Shown here piece by piece: positions 1-9,116 of a stretch of DNA of 57,268 nucleotides. Position numbers and translations under genes: made by a program. Every line of letters begins with the position of its first letter. Within the stretch, counting starts at the first letter, position 1. The notes under the pieces were generated by a model that was not told the origin of the DNA, made no database searches, and saw nothing but the letters and a program-made list of their open reading frames with translations. Source of the stretch: Candidatus Acidifodinimicrobium sp. (GTDB lineage Archaea > Nanobdellota > Nanobdellia > Parvarchaeales > Parvarchaeaceae); the NCBI GenBank assembly GCA_049967035.1, contig JBMFTM010000001.1, positions 1 to 57,268 of the forward strand, read 5' to 3'.

Positions 1-109
1 ACATTAACGAGATTCAATAAAACTTTAAGTAACAAGCGGTTATTAAGAGTTATGCACACGCGTAATTTAAAAATAAAGTTATAAATATCTAACTATCCTT
101 ATTTCATAG

Positions 110-307
110 ATGAAAAGACATAATTTTGAAAAGATTGTTGAAAGATCAATGATAGGTTTCGCATTCTTCTTGGGTTTTGTCTCAGTCTTCTACAGCTGGA
201 TAGACAGCGAGTTGGGGATAAATGTAAGCCCATATATATTGACGGCGATAGGCATAGTCATCGCAGTTTTCATCGTTTATCTAATGTACAGATTTGACAG
301 GGAATAG
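110..307 (+). CDS. small predicted membrane protein, function unknown
   Basis: ATG-started 65-aa ORF with two hydrophobic helices (IGFAFFLGFVSVF; ILTAIGIVIAVFIVYL). It ends just before the Pop5 ATG. No family recognised. Confidence 0.35.
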   Translation: MKRHNFEKIVERSMIGFAFFLGFVSVFYSWIDSELGINVSPYILTAIGIVIAVFIVYLMYRFDRE

Positions 308-311
308 AAAA

Positions 312-644
312 ATGATGAGGTATAAGAAGAGGTACATACTGGTGAGGGTTTCCGCCGTTGAAAACATTGAGAAATTCAGAGACCTTGTATACTCGACGGT
401 GAATAAGTTCGAGCCGACTTTAGCTATAAGATCCAGTCTTAAGGTCATCGATGATATCTATTTAAAGGAAAAAGATGGATTATTAGGTGTTATAAGGGTG
501 AGCAATAAATATAAATACCAAGTTATATTTACATTATCATTAATGGAAAGAGATTTTCCATTCAACCTTATAACACTGAGCAACAGTGGAAGTCTGAAGA
601 GATTAAAGGGGAGGTTAAAAGACTATGGAACAATTACAGAGTGA
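312..644 (+). CDS. rnp2: RNase P protein component 2 (Pop5/Rnp2)
   Basis: KKRYILVRV near the N-terminus, GVIRVSNKYKYQVIFTLSL and GSLKRLKGRL match the archaeal Pop5 pattern. It lies directly upstream of psmA as in the archaeal superoperon. Start moved from TTG 294 to ATG 312. Confidence 0.8.
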   Translation: MMRYKKRYILVRVSAVENIEKFRDLVYSTVNKFEPTLAIRSSLKVIDDIYLKEKDGLLGVIRVSNKYKYQVIFTLSLMERDFPFNLITLSNSGSLKRLKGRLKDYGTITE

Positions 645-1335
645 CATGATGGGTTATGACCGTGCTATAACGCTTTTCAGCCCAGATGGAAGGCTTTTGC
701 AGGTGGAATACGCAAGAAAGACAGTGTCACAGGGTTCCGCAGCGATAGGTTTAGTCGGGAAGAACTCCGTTGTTTTGGCGGCGGATAAAAGACTGCCGGA
801 GACAGAAAAGCTGATAGTTCCGGACAGTGTAGAGAAGATATTCAAGATCAACAACTACATAGCTGCAGCCATGTCAGGGATGATAGCTGACGGGAGGGTG
901 CTTATAGAGAAATCGCAGCTTGAAGCCCAGCAGCACATGATAACTTACAATGAGCCTGCGGACATTCTATTGCTTATAAAGTCAATAAGTACTGAGATGC
1001 AGGCATTTACCCAATATGGGGGGGCAAGGCCGTATGGCGTGAGCATTCTGTACGGTGGTTTCAAGGCGGACAAGCCGGTCCTTTACATGCTCGAGCCGAG
1101 CGGGATATTCTTCCAGTACAATGCGGTGGCGATAGGCGAGAACTCAAGCGAAATAAACAAGTACCTGGAAAGCAATTACCAGCCGAACTCTGACAAAGAA
1201 ACACTGATAAAATTGGCGATAAAAGCGTTCAAGGCAAGCGGCATAAAGCTAAGTCCTAGTAGGTTCGACATCGTAGTCGTCGACAAGAGCGGTTTCAATA
1301 GGATGAGCCTTAAGGAGATTGAATCATACTTATAA
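625..1335 (+). CDS. psmA: proteasome subunit alpha
   Basis: YDRAITLFSPDGRLLQVEYA and TQYGGARPYGVS are hallmark alpha-subunit motifs. ATG 646 is an alternative start, immediately after the Pop5 stop. Confidence 0.95.
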   Translation: MEQLQSDMMGYDRAITLFSPDGRLLQVEYARKTVSQGSAAIGLVGKNSVVLAADKRLPETEKLIVPDSVEKIFKINNYIAAAMSGMIADGRVLIEKSQLEAQQHMITYNEPADILLLIKSISTEMQAFTQYGGARPYGVSILYGGFKADKPVLYMLEPSGIFFQYNAVAIGENSSEINKYLESNYQPNSDKETLIKLAIKAFKASGIKLSPSRFDIVVVDKSGFNRMSLKEIESYL

Positions 1336-1361
1336 GATTATAGTGTAAGAATTTTGGGTTT

Positions 1362-2045
1362 ATGGCAGAAGACAAGGTTATAGCTAGATTGCAGGTAAAG
1401 GACAAGAGATTTGAGGTTTGGGTCGACTGTGAGAAGGCCATGGACATAAAGAACGGCAAATCAAATGACATAGAAAGCGCTTTGCTAGTCGACAAAGTTT
1501 TCAAGGATGCAAAGAAAGGAGAGGTTGCCGGCAATCTCAAGGATCATCTCAAGACCGATGATGTATACCAAGCTGCTTTGAAGATAATAAAAGAAGGAGA
1601 GGTTCAGGTTAGCGCTGCTTATAGGGAAAAGCAGCTAAATGCCTTGAAGAACAGGGTCATAGATGAGATTGTCTCCACAGCAATAGACGCCACTAATAAT
1701 CTACCTATCCCCAGAAAGAGGATAGAACTTGCCTTGGAGCAGGTGCACTACAATTTCGACCTTAAGAAGCCTGAGAAGATGCAGGCTGAAGAGATTATGG
1801 AAAAGTTAAAGCCGATCCTTCCGCTGAAGGTGGGGGAATTCTCTTACATGGCAGAGGCAGACCCACAGTACTCTAGTGCGGTTTTAAGCACTATAAAGAG
1901 GTTCGGGAAGGTAAAAGGCAGCAATTTGGAAGGGGAGAGGATAAAGGTGGAATTTTCAGTGAGTCCAAAGGACAGGGACTTGCTGATAAGCAAACTTAAA
2001 GAGTTGACGCACGGAACGATAAGCCTCGTGTCAACGAAGGAGTGA
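1362..2045 (+). CDS. sdo1: ribosome maturation protein Sdo1 (SBDS family)
   Basis: VIARLQVKDKRFEVWVD, KVFKDAKKGEVAG and LKPILPLK match archaeal SBDS. Position between psmA and rrp4 is conserved. Confidence 0.9.
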   Translation: MAEDKVIARLQVKDKRFEVWVDCEKAMDIKNGKSNDIESALLVDKVFKDAKKGEVAGNLKDHLKTDDVYQAALKIIKEGEVQVSAAYREKQLNALKNRVIDEIVSTAIDATNNLPIPRKRIELALEQVHYNFDLKKPEKMQAEEIMEKLKPILPLKVGEFSYMAEADPQYSSAVLSTIKRFGKVKGSNLEGERIKVEFSVSPKDRDLLISKLKELTHGTISLVSTKE

Positions 2046-2047
2046 AT

Positions 2048-2734
2048 ATGTTATTCGTAAAGAACTATGATATTGTTACGCCGGGCGAGATGCTGGCGGA
2101 TGAGGGCGTCGGAGGAAGCGGCACCTACACTGAAGGGAAGAAGATCTTTTCAAAGTACCTTGGTACGGTGATGATTAACAAGGACTGGATAAATGTCAGC
2201 CAGCTTAATGGGGCGTACATACCCAAGGAGGGGGACGAAGTTATAGGCAAGATCGCTGCAGTGGAGGGCACTTACTGGGCAGTAGACATAGACACATCCC
2301 ATTACTGCAGGCTTGATGCGAGGGAAGCTAACACAGGCTACAGGGTAGAGGACCTGTCTGAACTCATGGATGTGGGTGATGTAGTCTACGCAAAGATAAT
2401 AAGGGTTGGGAATGACCTCTCATCTAGTTTAGGCTTAAGGGGCGGAAGATACGGCAAGCTGCCTGCGAGCATGCTGATAAAGTTTAATCCAATGAAGATA
2501 TCAAGGATAATCGGAAAGGAAGGATCGATGATAAATCTACTGAGAGAGCGCTCAAAATGCGACATACTGCTCGGAAAGAACGGAGTGGCTTGGGTAAGCG
2601 GCGATAAGATAGGGATGGAAGCAGTACTGGCTGCGATAAATGTTATAAACGAGGATTCTTATACAGGGGATATGTCTGCTAAAGTCAGAGACATCCTAGA
2701 GAGATACTCATCTCAGAAGAGCGGTGTGGAATAG
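2048..2734 (+). CDS. rrp4: exosome complex RNA-binding subunit Rrp4 (S1 + KH)
   Basis: N-terminal IVTPGEMLA, an S1-like block (GDEVIGKIAAVEGTYWAVDI) and a KH block (ISRIIGKEGSMINLL). It is the first gene of the exosome operon. ATG 2048 preferred over GTG 2042. Confidence 0.85.
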   Translation: MLFVKNYDIVTPGEMLADEGVGGSGTYTEGKKIFSKYLGTVMINKDWINVSQLNGAYIPKEGDEVIGKIAAVEGTYWAVDIDTSHYCRLDAREANTGYRVEDLSELMDVGDVVYAKIIRVGNDLSSSLGLRGGRYGKLPASMLIKFNPMKISRIIGKEGSMINLLRERSKCDILLGKNGVAWVSGDKIGMEAVLAAINVINEDSYTGDMSAKVRDILERYSSQKSGVE

Positions 2735-2742
2735 GAGGAAAC

Positions 2743-3447
2743 ATGTACGAAGAAAGGTTTGATAAGAGACAATTTGATGAATTGAGGCCGATAGAGCTGG
2801 AGACAGGCATCGTGCCAAATGCAAATGGAAGCGCTAGGTTCAAGATAGGTGGAACAGAAGCCATAGCTGCAGTTTATGGCCCGGCTGAAGTCAAGCCAAA
2901 ACACCTTGAAAAATCTGACCAGGGCATAATAGTCTGCAAGTATGATATGATGCCTTTCTCTGTGCCGGATAGGGCTAAGCCAGGTATTGACAGGAGAGAC
3001 ATGGAAATATCATTAGTCATATCGAATGCGCTAAGCAGAGCGATAATGCTGGATGAGTTCCCAAGCTCTATGATCAGTGTTTATGTGTATATAACCCAGG
3101 CGGATGCAGGAACAAGATGCGCCAGCTTGACCGCGGCATCGATGGCATGCGCCGATGCAGGCCTTCCAATGAGAGACTTGATCGCTGCTGTTGCAGTGGG
3201 TAAGATCGGTGACTCGATCGTGGCTGACTTAAGCAAGGCGGAAGAGGATTATGAGGGTGGAGCTACTGATATACCGATAGCTTTTCTCCCTTCAAAGGAT
3301 GAGATAGTCCTGCTTCAGCTTGATGGTGAGATAAGCAAAGACGACCTGAAGAAGGCTATAGAACTTGGAAGGAAGGAAGCGAGTAAAATTTATGAGCTTG
3401 AAAAGGCCGCTCTTAAGAGGAGGTTTATGTATGAAAGTAAAGATTAG
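2743..3447 (+). CDS. rrp41: exosome complex exonuclease Rrp41 (RNase PH fold)
   Basis: RFDKRQFDELRPIELETGIVPNANGSARFKIGGTEAIAAVYGP and ITQADAGTRCASLTAAS are typical of Rrp41. Confidence 0.9.
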   Translation: MYEERFDKRQFDELRPIELETGIVPNANGSARFKIGGTEAIAAVYGPAEVKPKHLEKSDQGIIVCKYDMMPFSVPDRAKPGIDRRDMEISLVISNALSRAIMLDEFPSSMISVYVYITQADAGTRCASLTAASMACADAGLPMRDLIAAVAVGKIGDSIVADLSKAEEDYEGGATDIPIAFLPSKDEIVLLQLDGEISKDDLKKAIELGRKEASKIYELEKAALKRRFMYESKD

Positions 3448-4744
3448 GGGGATATATTCTACAGCAATAACTAAGCTGTTAATTGATGAGGGGGTTGAAG
3501 TGACTCAGGCAAATGACGCAATAAAGGACCTTTTCAAAATCCAAAGCGAGGATAGGCCGACAGTGGTTATCGAGGACCTTGAAACAAAGGCAGGCGTCTA
3601 TGTTTATGGGAATGACAGTGACAAGGTCATAAATATACTTAAGAAAACATGCAGGTCTAGCTTTTTCTATGAGGAAGATATAGGGAAGATATACTGCGGT
3701 GTGATAGACAGCACGGACCAAAGGTCAAAGTCAATAATAGTCTCCCTTGGCGGAGACGAAAAGGGATTATTGGACATGAAGAACTTTTGGGGCTATGTAA
3801 AGCAAGGCTCAAAGATCCTTGTGCAGTCAAAGGGCAGCTATGACGGTAAGGCAATGCTATCCACTCAGATAAGGCTATTTGGCGATGATCTCATAATAAT
3901 CAAGAACGGGTTCACCAAGATGAGTAGAGGGATAAGGTCTAAGGAGGGGAAGGATAAGCTGTACGACATAGCGAAGAATCTAGACTTGAAGGACTGGGGT
4001 ATACTCTGGACTCAAAGCGCAGAGGACAAGGATGAATCCGTTTTGAAGGCAGAACTGGAGGACCTCATAAAGCAGGAGAAGGAGATATCCAAGAAATTTG
4101 AGGAAGCAGATAAGCCAGGGTTGCTGTACAGCGGCGTAAAGAAGTACTTCGTTCTCATCAGCAAAGAAGACAAATACGAGCTAGATAAGATAAGAGGGAA
4201 AGCGATGCCTACGATAACCGGACATCACTCGCTTAAGTCAGCAGGTTACACAATACTGACTGATTTTGCAGAGGAGATACTAAAGGACGTTGATGAGAAG
4301 CACATTACTGAAAGCATAAACAAAACACTGAGTAGATACGGACCTGTTGACAAAAAACTCTATAAGATAATTGTGACTAGGCCAAATGGAACTTCCTACA
4401 GGATAGAGGGGATATCCACGGATATCTCTGGAGAAAATGAGATTAAGAAAATGAAGGTTTTGGTAAGAGGAAACTGGGGGAGCAGGGAATATGAGTTGGA
4501 CTCGGATAATGGTGTCTTGACCGTGAGGAGCCAGGAAAACGAAGAGAGGGTACTGACCTTAGGAATTGAAATATTCCCCAAGTTTGCAAAGGTAACGGAC
4601 ATCAACATGCATGTCAAGATAAAGGGACAGGCAGTGGAATCCGCAGACAATGAAGCCATCGCAAGGATGGTGAAAAAAGAGGAGATAACTCAGGAGCTGG
4701 CCAAGAAGCTTGAAGAGCAATACTCCGCCATGGAGAAAGTATGA
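3431..4744 (+). CDS. FAU-1-like protein (archaeal RNase E/G-like RNA-binding protein), tentative
   Basis: The N-terminus MKVKIRGIYSTAITKLLIDEG and the length (437 aa) resemble my memory of the archaeal FAU-1 family. Start set at ATG 3431, because the track's upstream extension overlaps the rrp41 3' end. Needs an HMM check. Confidence 0.55.
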   Translation: MKVKIRGIYSTAITKLLIDEGVEVTQANDAIKDLFKIQSEDRPTVVIEDLETKAGVYVYGNDSDKVINILKKTCRSSFFYEEDIGKIYCGVIDSTDQRSKSIIVSLGGDEKGLLDMKNFWGYVKQGSKILVQSKGSYDGKAMLSTQIRLFGDDLIIIKNGFTKMSRGIRSKEGKDKLYDIAKNLDLKDWGILWTQSAEDKDESVLKAELEDLIKQEKEISKKFEEADKPGLLYSGVKKYFVLISKEDKYELDKIRGKAMPTITGHHSLKSAGYTILTDFAEEILKDVDEKHITESINKTLSRYGPVDKKLYKIIVTRPNGTSYRIEGISTDISGENEIKKMKVLVRGNWGSREYELDSDNGVLTVRSQENEERVLTLGIEIFPKFAKVTDINMHVKIKGQAVESADNEAIARMVKKEEITQELAKKLEEQYSAMEKV

Positions 4745-5502
4745 GCGTAGAAAATTATTCATATCTGAAAGAGTTGGCGAAAAGCGGTTTAAGGTCAGAC
4801 CAGAGAAAGCCGTTCCAAAGGAGGAACCTTGTAATAAAGACAAAGGTCTCAAATCATGCGGATGGCTCGGCCTACGTCGAATTGGGAGAGACCAAGGTCA
4901 TAGCCGGTGTTAAGGTGCTTCCGGGTGAGCCATATCCTGACAGGCCTGATGAGGGGTCTTTAAATGTGAATTTTGAAGCTTCGGAACTTGCTGCGAATTA
5001 TCCTGGCGACAGGCTTATATACTCAGTGGAGGTCGGCAGAGTCACTGACAGAGCGATAAGGGAATCGAAGATGATAGACATGAAGCAATTGTGTGTAACA
5101 TCTGGGTCAAAGGTTCTCTTTGTGTTTATAGACATATACGCTATCAACAACGACGGCAATCTTTTGGATGCCTCAAATGTTGCGGCTTTGGCTGCGTTGT
5201 TGGACGCGGAGTACAGTGTTGAGGGAAAAGAGGGGAAGATGAAATTGCCCATAGACATCGACAAGATACCAATCAGCAGCACCTTCGTAAAGATAGGAGA
5301 AGCCATATTTGTAGACGGAAATTCGTTGGAAGAGAGCGTGGCAGACGCAAGGCTTACGATAGGCGTGGGCAAAGAGATAAACTCCATGCAGAAGGGCGGC
5401 GTCGGCTATTTCAAGCAGGAGGAGATAGAGGCATGCGTCGACGAAGCTTTTAAGTACAAAGATGAAATGAAAAATATATTAATCGAAAAGGTTAAGCGGT
5501 GA
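4741..5502 (+). CDS. rrp42: exosome complex subunit Rrp42 (inactive RNase PH-like)
   Basis: [41 protein letters not shown] is an RNase PH-like fold. ATGA overlap with the preceding gene. Confidence 0.85.
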   Translation: MSVENYSYLKELAKSGLRSDQRKPFQRRNLVIKTKVSNHADGSAYVELGETKVIAGVKVLPGEPYPDRPDEGSLNVNFEASELAANYPGDRLIYSVEVGRVTDRAIRESKMIDMKQLCVTSGSKVLFVFIDIYAINNDGNLLDASNVAALAALLDAEYSVEGKEGKMKLPIDIDKIPISSTFVKIGEAIFVDGNSLEESVADARLTIGVGKEINSMQKGGVGYFKQEEIEACVDEAFKYKDEMKNILIEKVKR

Positions 5503-5504
5503 TT

Positions 5505-5684
5505 ATGGATAAGTATACGAAGTTTGAGAAGACCAGGATAGTCGGTGCGAGAGCTCTTCAGCTGTCATTTGGTGCGCCTTCGCTTGTGAAGGTAAACAAG
5601 TCAACGGACACCTACCTGCAAATAGCTCTAAGGGAGTTTGAGAAGGGGGTTCTTCCGATAACAGTGAAGAGAGAAAATCAGTAG
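5505..5684 (+). CDS. rpoK: DNA-directed RNA polymerase subunit K (Rpo6)
   Basis: [21 protein letters not shown] is the RpoK/Rpb6 signature. ATG 5505 follows the rrp42 stop. Confidence 0.8.
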   Translation: MDKYTKFEKTRIVGARALQLSFGAPSLVKVNKSTDTYLQIALREFEKGVLPITVKRENQ

Positions 5685-6646
5685 TAAAGGCCCCATTTTG
5701 GCCCTGAATAATCCATCCTCACTGGCATTTTACTAGACAATGAACCTATCATGTTGAAAAGCAGGAACCTGATATATTTCAGGAAGATCCAATTTTGCGC
5801 TTTTATTTTGTTCAACAACAGGTCTGAGAAAGAGAGATACTCAAAGGCATTGTATAAATTGTATCCTTCAAACACCATCGGAAGCTTCTCAGCCAACCAG
5901 ATCTCGAATACCTTCACCTCCTGCTGAGATGAAAGATAAGTATCTACATTGGACACATCTCCCGAAAAAATTGCGTTTAATCTCGCGAATATGTTTGAAT
6001 CTGGGTTCCTATGGACTGGTGTTACCCCGCCAGTTATGTAGTAAAACTGCAGATCGGTTATCGCGCTCATTATATTGCCGTCAGAATTCGCGGCTATCTC
6101 TGCAAGTTTCGCCCCGCTTACGTTTATAGAGTTCATCATCGCCACCTTGCGTAAATATAGCTCCACATTTTTTTCGTTTATCTTGTAAAAGTTTATTATG
6201 ACGTAATCTGACACAAACTGCCTGTTGTCAGCCTTGAATATGTCGCTGCCGTGCGATTCGAATATTATCAATGTATTGCTCAGGTCCTTTATTTTTTTCA
6301 ATATTGAGGGATTCACTTTGATCAGCTTTTCTATGTCCGTTATGTAGAGGACTTTCTTCCTCTGCGAGAATATGCTTGTGGACATCGCCTCCTGAGTGAT
6401 ATAGGAGTAGAACAGCTTGGAAGTATCATCCTCTTCGCCGTACTCTAAAGTGTATAGGTTTATCTCCTTGAAGTCTAATTTTGCGTCGTTTGCAAAGGCC
6501 TTGGCTAGAAAAGTTTTTCCAGTTCCATATGCACCGTTGAATATGAACCTTTTTTTGCCCTTCTCAATTGCGGAGAGGAATTGGTTCTTTATCCTGCCGT
6601 AGCCGTTCTCTATGAAATTGGATATCGTTTCCTTTGGGAGCTGCAT
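5678..6646 (-). CDS. rfcL: replication factor C large subunit, short and divergent
   Basis: AAA+ P-loop [21 protein letters not shown] (compare GDLRAAINDLQ) and a C-terminal EIWLAEKLP...[11 protein letters not shown] block. It lies directly downstream of rfcS. Start set at ATG 6646, 1 nt after the rfcS stop. Confidence 0.6.
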   Translation of the reverse strand: MQLPKETISNFIENGYGRIKNQFLSAIEKGKKRFIFNGAYGTGKTFLAKAFANDAKLDFKEINLYTLEYGEEDDTSKLFYSYITQEAMSTSIFSQRKKVLYITDIEKLIKVNPSILKKIKDLSNTLIIFESHGSDIFKADNRQFVSDYVIINFYKINEKNVELYLRKVAMMNSINVSGAKLAEIAANSDGNIMSAITDLQFYYITGGVTPVHRNPDSNIFARLNAIFSGDVSNVDTYLSSQQEVKVFEIWLAEKLPMVFEGYNLYNAFEYLSFSDLLLNKIKAQNWIFLKYIRFLLFNMIGSLSSKMPVRMDYSGPKWGLYY

Positions 6647-6647
6647 A

Positions 6648-7595
6648 TCATCTCTTAAGGGAGGATAGGAAGGCAAAGAATGACTGTAGCTGTATGAATG
6701 GCGTTGCACCTTCAACTATCCTGTATTCCGCTTCAGCTAGCTTCTCAATGATGTACCCTTTCATCTTTTCATCCACTTTTATATCTGAGGATGTTATCAG
6801 TTCGAACGTCTCTGAGATTATCTCCTTTGGTCCAACACCTTCATCTATAAATGAGGATATTATCGTCTTTGCCTCCAGATATTTGCCTGATAATGCAAGC
6901 TCTATTGCTTTTTTAAGTCGCTCTAAATTGACGGTTCCGCTGCTCTTATAAACAACTTCCGCCTCTATCTTCTTTGAAACCGTGGACAGAGACTGCATTA
7001 AATTGGTCAAAGCGCGTAGATCTCCCTTGGAAACGAAAAAGAGCGCTTTCTTTGCTTCTTCATCTACTTCTAGCCCCTCCTGCTTTGAGATCTTGTCTAT
7101 AAATTCATAGACATCCTCTTCCGAAAGAGACTTGAATCTGAATATTGCGCATCTTGATTGTATAGGCTCTATTATATTGTTCTGATAGTTTACACTGAAT
7201 ATGAATCTACAGGTTCCGCTGTATTCCTCCATCATCCTTCTAAGTGCCTGCTGTGCTTCCTGCGTCAGGGAGTCGGCCTCGTCAAAAAGTATCATCTTAA
7301 ATGGTGCATCTATCGGCTTTGACCTTGCAAACTCTTTGACCTTCCCCTGAATCACGCTGAGCTTTCTATCGTCTGATGCATTGAGCTCTATAAAGTTGTG
7401 AGACCACTGGTCTCCGAATATGGTCTTGGCTAGCACTATCGCAGACGTGGTTTTGCCTACCCCGGGCGGGCCTGACAATATCATATGCTGCACTTCACCG
7501 GCCTTCGCCATTGCTCTTAGCTTCTCTATCGTGTCCCTTTGCCCAAGAATGTCATCAAATGTGTTTGGTCTGTATTTCTCTATCCATAGATCCAT
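6648..7595 (-). CDS. rfcS: replication factor C small subunit
   Basis: WIEKYRP, GPPGVGKTT, Walker B LFDEADSLT and SRC motif QSRCAIFRF. Confidence 0.95.
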   Translation of the reverse strand: MDLWIEKYRPNTFDDILGQRDTIEKLRAMAKAGEVQHMILSGPPGVGKTTSAIVLAKTIFGDQWSHNFIELNASDDRKLSVIQGKVKEFARSKPIDAPFKMILFDEADSLTQEAQQALRRMMEEYSGTCRFIFSVNYQNNIIEPIQSRCAIFRFKSLSEEDVYEFIDKISKQEGLEVDEEAKKALFFVSKGDLRALTNLMQSLSTVSKKIEAEVVYKSSGTVNLERLKKAIELALSGKYLEAKTIISSFIDEGVGPKEIISETFELITSSDIKVDEKMKGYIIEKLAEAEYRIVEGATPFIQLQSFFAFLSSLKR

Positions 7596-7620
7596 AATTT
7601 TAAACTCCCTACAGTTTTAT

Positions 7621-8328
7621 TTATCTATTTTCAACGTCTGTGAACAGCTCAGCATTTGGATACACAATCAATCCTTTCCCATTTACTATCTCCATTGGGC
7701 AGAACTTTGTAAGATGGTCTGTTCCTCTCATCTTTACAACCCTCAGTGCTCTTATGAATGTGTCCTGTCTCTCGATAAGGTACAGGGCTATAACTGCATC
7801 AGCTGCAAATTCTTCGACTCCGAATGCGGACAGTTTGTTTTCTCCGTATGGTATCTCACCTATAAGGAAACCAGCGCATTTGTGCATCCTCAGAATTGAG
7901 GATATTTCCATTATCCCCTTCCTTATCGACATTATATCCGGAAAGAACATTTGCAGGTAGGTTATGGAGTCTATCGCCACCCTAGTTGCATTTATAGCTT
8001 CTATCTCAGTCGTTATGGTCTGCTTGAGGGCATCATAGTCTATGAGAGGCACATCCACAATTTTCAGCGAACCAGCTTTTATCAAGTCGCGTATGCCAGG
8101 ATCGAACGCAGAGAAGGTTTTTATGATTGACTCTGCACTCTCTTCAAGCGTAAAGTACACGCCATTTTCCCCATGTCTTGCTCCGTATGCAAGAAACTGC
8201 AGTGAAAATGTTGTCTTTCCGGCGCCTGGTGTGCCAGTCACAAGCGTTATATCCTCCCTTGGTATACCGCCTTTCGTGACCTCATCAAATCCCTCTATAC
8301 CAGATACTACTCTATCAGATGATTCCAT
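7621..8328 (-). CDS. single-domain KaiC-like / RecA-superfamily ATPase
   Basis: GIEGFDEVTKGGIPREDITLVTGTPGAGKTTFSLQFL and VVKMRGTDH are typical of KaiC/RadA-paralog ATPases. Confidence 0.8.
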   Translation of the reverse strand: MESSDRVVSGIEGFDEVTKGGIPREDITLVTGTPGAGKTTFSLQFLAYGARHGENGVYFTLEESAESIIKTFSAFDPGIRDLIKAGSLKIVDVPLIDYDALKQTITTEIEAINATRVAIDSITYLQMFFPDIMSIRKGIMEISSILRMHKCAGFLIGEIPYGENKLSAFGVEEFAADAVIALYLIERQDTFIRALRVVKMRGTDHLTKFCPMEIVNGKGLIVYPNAELFTDVENR

Positions 8329-8330
8329 GT

Positions 8331-9053
8331 TTATTTCACCTTCAATATTGGGTTTCCAACCAGCCTGTATTCAATTTTAATTTTATTATTATCATTGAGC
8401 AGCTTAGCCCAAGTCTCTACCAAGGATGTATCAAAATTTAAGGCTTTAGCAGCATCTGAAACTGAGATCGACTTCTTCTCATTAATCAACTCAACGAGCG
8501 CTTCCATCGGGTTAATTGTCCCAGTGCTTTGTGGCTCTATCTCCACCTCTTTTTCTTCTGTAGGCTGAGCTTCTTTGGGGTTCTTGATTTTACGGCTGAA
8601 TTTGGACTCTAACTCGTTCAATTCCTTTCCAAGGTTTGGGTTTATTTTCGTTTTAGTCTCTAGTTTGTAAACTTCTTGGTTAGGAGGCTCTGTAGCATCA
8701 CCCTCATTTTTTGATGTACTCTTTGAAGGAGTTACGGCTATAGATTCCAGTTTTTCGATCTCCTTTTTTAAATCTTCTGAGGTTTTATTTTGTTTTTCAT
8801 CGTATTCAAATTTAGTGTCTAATCCTTCCTCATCAGTTTTTTGAGTCGTCGTTTTAACTTCTTTCTCTTCAACCGGTTCAGGTTTCAGTTGGGGGGGCGC
8901 TTTGCTCTCTTCTATGTGAGTTTTGATAGCAGTGCCTCTGCCGATGATGACAGATATATTATTTAGTGAATTTTCTATAGAAGTTATATTATTTATCATT
9001 GAGTAAGTTATATTCATTAGATTCTGAATCCTATCTTTAGGTATTATCTCCAT
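8331..9053 (-). CDS. hypothetical protein: K/E/T-rich low-complexity centre with a possible winged-helix-like C-terminus
   Basis: ORF coupled 2 nt upstream of the KaiC-like gene. Start moved to ATG 9053, because the track's N-terminal extension runs into the RNase P RNA gene. No family recognised. Confidence 0.45.
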   Translation of the reverse strand: MEIIPKDRIQNLMNITYSMINNITSIENSLNNISVIIGRGTAIKTHIEESKAPPQLKPEPVEEKEVKTTTQKTDEEGLDTKFEYDEKQNKTSEDLKKEIEKLESIAVTPSKSTSKNEGDATEPPNQEVYKLETKTKINPNLGKELNELESKFSRKIKNPKEAQPTEEKEVEIEPQSTGTINPMEALVELINEKKSISVSDAAKALNFDTSLVETWAKLLNDNNKIKIEYRLVGNPILKVK

Positions 9054-9116
9054 TTCAATAATTATATGCTCTTTATTTATAAATATGAAAATAGCTGAAA
9101 AAATACACACTATATA

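Noticed and set aside
3365-3430. The upstream extension of the FAU-1-like ORF (MEGRKRVKFMSLKRPLLRGGLC), and similar track extensions at 6647-6715 (rfcL), 17149-17196 (nuoJ) and 48504-48584 (GTPase).
   Set aside because: The extensions overlap the preceding gene or start at TTG or GTG. Conserved N-terminal motifs begin at the internal ATG.
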